NCBI GenBank assembly: GCA_963665115.1
Contig: OY762007.1
Span: 6,144,001 to 6,208,000 of the forward strand
DNA: 64,000 nt
Source: an uncultured Rivularia sp.
Lineage (GTDB): Bacteria > Cyanobacteriota > Cyanobacteriia > Cyanobacteriales > Nostocaceae
Direction: 5' to 3'
Below, one piece after another: positions 57,378 to 64,000 of this stretch (positions are counted from its first letter, which is position 1; every line of letters begins with the position of its first letter). The notes under the pieces are model-generated. The model was not told the DNA's origin and did no database searches. It was given only the letters and a program-made list of their open reading frames with translations. The translations under genes were made by a program, and so were the position numbers.

Positions 57378-58117
57378 TTAAAATTTCAATTCTTTCGCTG
57401 CAATAAATGTAGTTGAAAATATGAAATTATTATCTGCTTGATAATCCACATCTTGACGTAAATAACTCATAAATTCTTGATGTCCTGCTGATGTTCTTCC
57501 TACCGGACATCCAGCGCTTGCATTATCAACAAACTTTTGGTCGTTTCCACTATGTTGATTCGCTCCAATGATTGAATATTCCTTCTTATCATATTTATCA
57601 ATTTTGCTATTACGGTTGAAGTCCCGGATTATGTTTACTGGTGCAACTTGAAAGACGGCAATCTCGCGACCTTTATGTTTACCAATACGCCAAGCTTTAT
57701 ACTGTCCGGGCACTTGTATTTGTGCTGCACCATCATTATTCAGGGGTTGCTTCACATAATAATTACCCGGTTCTATAGACGCTTCCCAAGCACCAATCAG
57801 TCTGGGAGTGGGATTTACTTCTACTAAAAACCGAGAATCATTAAATTGGTTATCTTATCAGCTTGTTTTGGTTGATTGAGGGTTTTTGAAAAACTAATAC
57901 CAGCAATTCGGTTTAACTGAAGTTTGGATTCAAACCACTGGTTTACTTGCGGATGTAGAATGGCGATCGCCATTCCTAAAGACAATCCAAAACAACAAAT
58001 ACGTCCCCTTACCTTAGATAATCTAAATTTACGATATGCTTCCTCAAATGCCTTTATTTCTTGATACTGAATTTCTATTGGGAGATGTTTGAGTAATTCT
58101 TCAGGTTGAAATGACAT
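57378..58117 (-). pseudogene. TM-anchored peptidoglycan-active (L,D-transpeptidase-like) protein split near 57855
   Basis: DNQFNDSR...GAWEASIEPG...GAAQI..GQYKAW...GANQH...NASAGCPVG follows the TM ORF 57824-58117 in another frame. Confidence 0.55.
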
Positions 58118-58476
58118 GTAACATTCTTGTTATAAGCATCTAATAATGTTCGACAATTTTCATGTCCTAAAGGCTGTTGAGTTTCTTGAGTAGAAATGGG
58201 TAAGGATTCTGAGTGCGTCAACTTTCCTTTTACCGAACGAATATCGTTAATAAGCTTTGTAATTAATGGTTGCATATTTGGGATTAAAGCAAACGAAGCA
58301 TATCCAGGACTCGCCATATCCAAAATAAATACGACAAACACAGTACTGGTAATAAGAAAACTCGAATAGGGAACCCTTACCCAAGAGGAGTGAGGGAGGG
58401 AGTGAGGGAATTTATCGGATTTTTTGAACATTTCTAGTTTATATGCAAGTACTTTATTCTTCTCTCCCTCTCTCAC
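58075..58476 (-). CDS. Small membrane protein
   Basis: Hydrophobic segment FLITSTVFVVFIL; tightly packed operon. Confidence 0.55.
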   Translation of the reverse strand: MREGEKNKVLAYKLEMFKKSDKFPHSLPHSSWVRVPYSSFLITSTVFVVFILDMASPGYASFALIPNMQPLITKLINDIRSVKGKLTHSESLPISTQETQQPLGHENCRTLLDAYNKNVTCHFNLKNYSNISQ

Positions 58477-58482
58477 TCTCTT

Positions 58483-59152
58483 CTACTTCCTCCTTACAGG
58501 TTGATATTGACCATCCCCAGTCCAAGTAGTCAAAGGTAAAGTAGTTGTCTGTTTTGGCTGCTGCACATTGACAGGTGGTTGTTGCCAATTATTTGATTCA
58601 ACAGTCTGTAGACGTACAGCCCTATCTAAACTATCTCCGGCTGCGGTTGCAACTTGACCAAATCCATTCCAAACACCGTTAGCGACAGGCTTACCAGCAT
58701 TAATCACGCCGTGACCAAAACGGACTGGAGTAGAAGTATTCTGCGGTAATTCGCGAGGATTGCGAGTTGCAATTAGTCCGCCTAAAAAGAATTGAGCCAC
58801 CCAGGAGCCAACAATTAAAGTGCCAATACTCATACTCCAGAAAGCAAACGAACGCCAGGGCTTAAAAGGATTAGTATGATTGGCTACAGTACCCAAAGTA
58901 CCAATTGCAGCGCCTGCTCCATTTTCCATTGCTGGGGTTACACCACGGCTGCATTTTTGACCCCAATTGTAAGCACCCTTAGCGTAGCGTCCGGCATTAT
59001 AGGCGCGATTACGCCACTGATTGTTACGAGAATATCGGTCGTCATAGCCGTCATCAAATTCCTCGGGCCGGTGTATCTATCACGTTGGTATCTAATTGAT
59101 GGCTTGAAGCCAATTGTGGTAAATCTCTTCGATACACTTGTTTTCTAGTCAT
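58483..59152 (-). pseudogene. Membrane protein; probable true start at 59152, frameshift near 59065
   Basis: MTRKQVYRRD... then PEEFDDGYDDRY...MENGAG in the shifted frame; one TM. Confidence 0.55.
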
Positions 59153-59213
59153 ATTTACTCCTAATTAATGAATTAAAGTATTTGATCCGAATCATTGGTC
59201 AATCGTTAACGGC

Positions 59214-59883
59214 TTATGTTTTATCTCCATCAGAACCCCATATATCTTCTTGCTCCATTAGCTTTTGACGAAACTGTTCGGTATCTGTGGATATAGATGA
59301 ACTTTCTTCTGATGGTGGTTTTTTCGCCTTTTCTGGAAGATACAGATACTGGGGGCAGTATTTTTGAACAAGTTGAATGTAGTTATACTTATCCTTTCCA
59401 TCAATTCGAGTTGCAGGTGGTCCTTGCATCCAAGTAGGAATTTCCACTCTTGTTCTTTGTCTTTCTCCGCCATCGGGGCGAATCAAATAAGCCCAACCAG
59501 CGCAACGCTTATTACCTTCTACTTTAGTGTCAGTAATAGCTTGAGCATATACCCACACTATGGCATCTTTGATGGTTTGAGATTTACCAGTTAGAGCCTT
59601 AGCTCCACCTAACATAGCCTGAGTATCACCATGACTGGCGAAGGACACGGACATATTAGCCTGTCGTAAAAATTGCACTACTGCTTCCCAAAATTTAGGC
59701 ATAACGCTAGAATCAATCGCATCGATTTCACTAGAATAATTAGACATCTCATCAAGCGATAGATGTAGGTGATAATCGTCAAACGGTTCATACTCCTTCA
59801 TCTCGTCACCAGCTTCTGCGATTCTCCAAAATGCAATACGAGTAAATTCGCGGATAGCATTGGTAGCTTCAACAAACTTGTAA
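59214..59883 (-). pseudogene. C-terminal half of a P-loop ATPase, truncated by IS1634
   Basis: Walker B-like LHLSLDEM, R(Q)ANMSV.FASH; ORF starts inside the IS end. Confidence 0.55.
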
Positions 59884-62172
59884 CCCACATTCCGCACTTC
59901 AGGATGTAGTACAATGAAATACGAAATTTATCTCCGATATGAATAAATAAAAACACTCAGAATATTTAAGTAAATTGGTTCTTCAACACTTAGTATAAAA
60001 CTCATTAAGTGAAGGCTTCATAGCGGTGAATCAACTCGTTGGCGAGGGCGAATTGAACTACCGCTACGCTTGATTCGATTGCGTTGAGACGGGCTTACAA
60101 TTAACTCATAAAAACCCTAAATAGTCATAGCCCGCCTCAACGCCGCTTCGCTATATGCCGCTTTCAGCGGCACGCTTCGCTAACGAATCATAGTTCAATT
60201 CTTAAATAAGAAAATGAGACAATAAAAAAAATTGTAGAGGTAAAAAAGTGTCTCCAACATCAAAAGCAGAAATAAAAAATATCGACCATCTTGGAATAGT
60301 AGCTGGATTAATTGATGAAATAGGAATAGTTGAAACAATTAATTCCAAGTTAAGAATAGACCCTCGCGAGAAGATTTCAGCAGGAATTTTAGTAAAAGCT
60401 ATTTTAATAAATGGACTAGGATTTGTGTCAAGACGTGAAGCTCGCCGTGGGGATACTCCCCACGGCAGACTTCACCTTTATATTTATTTAACCAATTTTT
60501 TGATGATAAAGGAATAAAAATATTATTAGGAGAAGATGTAGAAAGTGATTATATTAATGACGATAAGATTGGACGAGTTATGGATAAATTATACAAGTAT
60601 GGATTAAATAATCTTTTTATAGAAATTGTATTATCAGTAATAAAAAAGTTTCAGATAGATATAAAATATTCACATTTAGATGCAACATCATTCCATTTGC
60701 ATGGGAAATACAACAGTGAAGAGAGTAAGGATAAATCTTCAGAAATACTTAGAGAAAGACCAATAATAACTAAGGGCTATTCTCGTGACCACAGACCAGA
60801 CTTAAAACAAGTAGTTTTAGACTTAGTAACAAGTGGGGATGGTGATTTACCGTTACTAATGAGGACTGGAGATGGAAATGAAGCAGATAAAGCCGTATTT
60901 GGAAAAATATTAGTCGAGTTTAAAAAGCAAATAGTTTTTGATAGTATTATGGTATGTGATAGTGCATTATATAGTCAAGAAAATATCCAACTAATCCAAC
61001 ATATAAAATGGATAAGTAGAGTTCCAATGACTATCAAAAAGGCTAAAGAATTAATTCAGTCTGTAGAGATAGAAGAAGTAGACTCAGAAGAAAGAAAAAA
61101 AAGAGCAGACTTAAATTTAGATGGATATAGATGGAAAGAGGAAATAGTTAATTATGGTGGAATTAAACAAGTTTGGCTAGTAGTAGAAAGTGAAAAAAGG
61201 AAAAATAGTGATTTGGAGAAGCTAGAGAAAAAACTAAAAAAAGAAAGAGAAAAAGTTGAAAAACTTTTAAAAGAGTTAAGAAAAGAAGATTTTGAAACCC
61301 CAGAACAAGCTCGCTATAAATTAAAAGGAATCAACAAAAAACTGAAGCTATTCGGAATTAAAGAAATTAACATAATGAAAACTAATGCTTCATGTAATAA
61401 GACTGTTTACAAAATGGAAGGAGAAAGTTATCAAAAAATAGAAGAGATAGATTTACAAAGAAAACAAGCAGGAAGATTTATTTTAGCGACTAATTTAGTT
61501 GACGATGATAAATTAAAACCAGAAGAAATTATTATAAATTATAAAAATCAACAGTCTTGTGTTAGCGAAGCGTGCCTCGAAGAGGCATGAGAGGATTTAG
61601 ATTTCTTAAAGACCCTTTATTTTTTGCTGATAGTTTCTTTGTTGAAAATCCTGAAAGAATAGAGAGTATGTTGTTTTTAATGTCTTTATGCTTATTAGTT
61701 TATAATCTCGGTCAAAGGGAACTGAGAAATAATTTAAAAAGAGCCAAAATCGGAATCAAGAATCAACTAAGGAAGTTAACAGATTCTCCTACATTAAGAT
61801 GGGTTTTTCAATGTTTCCAAGGTATTCATATTTTAACCTTAAATGGAATTAATTAAATTGTTAATTTAACTGAAGAACGTAATTTTATCTTGAATTATCT
61901 ACCGTCATCTTGTCAAAAATACTATTTACTTACTTGCGGATAAACATTTTTCTGCATAGTGAATCAAAATTTATCAATCTCCGAAGGAACAGTTGTTGTT
62001 CCGAAGTTTTCTAATACTTAAATAACTTGCATTTATGAGCCAAATATTTTATGTTTAATATTTTTCTTCCTTCATCACATTAATTCAGTATTAATTATTT
62101 AATTATTCTGATTTTTTGCTTTTATCTTCACTGTATTTTATTCGTGTTTCAATTTGAAGTGCGGAATGTGGG
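59884..62172 (+). mobile_element. IS1634-family element
   Basis: Perfect 18-bp TIRs CCCACATTCCGCACTTCA / TGAAGTGCGGAATGTGGG; flanks TTGTAA vs TTATAA. Confidence 0.92.
60248..61943 (+). pseudogene. IS1634 transposase with two hairpin inserts and a nonsense codon
   Basis: DHLGIVAG, HLDATSF, GYSRDHRPDLKQ, DSALY, GRFILATN, RGFRFLK; TAA at 61854. Confidence 0.9.
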
Positions 62173-62300
62173 TTATAACCAGTTAATAGAGCTAGAAGTT
62201 TGCAGCACTCTTTGCGATATCCATATTCTCCTGGCTTTTTGTCGCTTTTTATCGGAATCCATTTAGAGCAAAACTCCTTTGGTTCTAAAGGTTCAAACAT
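62173..62300 (-). pseudogene. Small hypothetical protein truncated by IS1634
   Basis: MFEPLEPKEFCSKW...GYRKECCKLLALLTGYN runs into the TIR. Confidence 0.6.
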
Positions 62301-62580
62301 TTAATTTCTAATTTTGGTCTAAATACACCACCTCCAGATACCTAGAATTCGCTTAAAATACAATTCAACCCTATAGGTTTAAGTTTTATCCTAAGACTAC
62401 TAGGAGAAGGTGAAGATGTCAGCAAGACAATTATCCTCAATTCTCCCCTATTAGTTGACGTGAGATTGCTTTTTAATTTTGCACAGATTATATATTTTTA
62501 CGGTGATTATGGGAATAGGGGAATAAGACCATATGGGAATATTGATTCAATTCCCCTAATGTCATGTCAAAATAGATGGC

Positions 62581-62754
62581 ATGGCTAAAAGCGAAGATAC
62601 AGTTAAGTTAATAATTGGCAAAGAATTAAAAATCCGTTTCAAGTCCCTGTGCGTCCAGGCTGAAACGGATATGAGTGCTGTGGCTAAAGAATTAATTGCA
62701 TTATGGTGCTTGGAGCAGGAGAAAAAGCTAACTTCACAGAGAAAGATGGATTAA
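62581..62754 (+). CDS. ParG-like ribbon-helix-helix protein (57 aa)
   Basis: Manual translation MAKSEDTVKLIIGKELKIRFKSLCVQAETDMSAVAKELIALWC... Confidence 0.7.
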   Translation: MAKSEDTVKLIIGKELKIRFKSLCVQAETDMSAVAKELIALWCLEQEKKLTSQRKMD

Positions 62755-62795
62755 AACTGATATTTTCTTACTACTAAGTAATGTTTGTTGAGCTA

Positions 62796-64000
62796 TTAAC
62801 GAATCACTTCTTCTAATTGTGTCTCTTGTGGCTCGGTTGTGTCTAAAATTTTTAAATAACTTTTTTCTTCGTCTGAAAATGGGTCTGCATTCTGTAACTG
62901 TGATGACAATAGATTAGCAGTAGCATCAGTAATATCACCACTCCGCCGATTTAGGCGATCGCGCAAAATTTCTTCGGGTGCAGTACACTGAATAATTTTC
63001 AGAGGAATTTGATGTTGTTTAGCTGCGGCGATCGCATCAGCGCGGATATTTTGTTTATCGTATTTAGCATCTAAAATTACCGTAAATCCTTGAGTTGTCA
63101 GCATTATTCCTAACTCTAGGAGTTTGCTGTAAGTTTTTGACGACATTTCTTCGGTATATAATTTATCGCTACCTCTTTCTAACAAAGGTATTCCTGCTAA
63201 ATGTTTGCGAACAGCATCAGAACGGATTCGTATTGCTCCTAACTTCGGAGATAAATAGCGAGCAACTGTACTTTTACCGGAACCGGAAACTCCCGACATT
63301 AAAAATAGCTTACCTTGTCGGGGCTTAGTATAACTCCAAGCTTGTTTATAATAATCAGCAGCAATTTTTCTCGACTCTTCTTTTGCATTCACAGAAACTT
63401 CTGACTCATCAAGTAAAAATGAATTTACCTTGGCTCTGACATAAGCTTGTCTGCTCAAATACAGGGGTAATAACTGTAAACCTTCCCAGTCTCCTGTCTG
63501 TTCCAAGTATGTATTTAAAAAAATATTAGCTAAATCTTTTCTTTTACGAGCTTCCAAATCCATGACTGTAAAAGCGATGTCGTACATAACATCAACAAAT
63601 CTGAATGATTCGTTAAATTCAATACAGTCAAATAGTAAGATTTGCGAATGCCACATACAGATATTGCGTAAGTGTAAATCTCCATGACACTCACGAATAC
63701 AATCATTTTTGATGCGATTGACAAATAATTCTGGATGTTGAGTAAAAAAATTATCGGTATAAGCTTTGGTTTCTTTATACTGAGTTTTCGTTTGCGCTTC
63801 TCCGATATACTTACTAGTTACCTCGTAGTTCTCGTCAATTGAATACCTAACTTTATCAACTTCACCAAAGCTACCAATGTAATCCGACGTTTCAGCTTGA
63901 GAATGATAGCGAGCTACAACTTTACCTAACTCTTCTATATGGGACTCACTTAATTTTCCTTGTTCGAGCATAGTACTCAGCAACCCCCCTTGAGGGAACT
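62796..64000 (-). CDS. Bifunctional aminoglycoside-phosphotransferase-like / AAA_33 kinase (5' end beyond the window)
   Basis: ECHGDLHLRNI, FDCIEFN, GVSGSGKST, RSDAVRK. Confidence 0.9.
   Translation of the reverse strand, partial: FPQGGLLSTMLEQGKLSESHIEELGKVVARYHSQAETSDYIGSFGEVDKVRYSIDENYEVTSKYIGEAQTKTQYKETKAYTDNFFTQHPELFVNRIKNDCIRECHGDLHLRNICMWHSQILLFDCIEFNESFRFVDVMYDIAFTVMDLEARKRKDLANIFLNTYLEQTGDWEGLQLLPLYLSRQAYVRAKVNSFLLDESEVSVNAKEESRKIAADYYKQAWSYTKPRQGKLFLMSGVSGSGKSTVARYLSPKLGAIRIRSDAVRKHLAGIPLLERGSDKLYTEEMSSKTYSKLLELGIMLTTQGFTVILDAKYDKQNIRADAIAAAKQHQIPLKIIQCTAPEEILRDRLNRRSGDITDATANLLSSQLQNADPFSDEEKSYLKILDTTEPQETQLEEVIR

Overview
AT-rich DNA from a filamentous, probably heterocystous cyanobacterium (inferred from HIP1 GCGATCGC sites, STRR heptamer repeats and xisH/xisI). 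Almost the whole window (about 0.5-62.8 kb) is a decaying genomic island. It lies between a 3' tRNA-Phe fragment (att core) beside a tyrosine integrase and a housekeeping-type kinase gene. Cargo: a DUF1778/GNAT toxin-antitoxin pair, xisHI, an IS66-family element with an 8-bp TSD, an NLR-like REase-NACHT-WD40 gene, a group II intron with mismatched exons, a PEP-CTERM vanadium haloperoxidase, a ~3000-aa surface protein, a type 6 BREX locus carrying a PtuA/PtuB-like ATPase-HNH pair, a cluster of cell-wall-enzyme-like, membrane, ATPase and methylase genes, and an IS1634. The BREX history can be read from the sequence: brxC was cut by IS630, the 13-kb remainder was inverted between two inverted IS630 copies, and pglX lost its methylase core in frame. 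Several genes are broken by 24-69 nt hairpin mini-elements inserted precisely into HIP1 sites, one of them nested. Many others are broken by +1 G/C duplications that may be sequencing errors. All family calls come from motif recognition by eye; no database searches were run.
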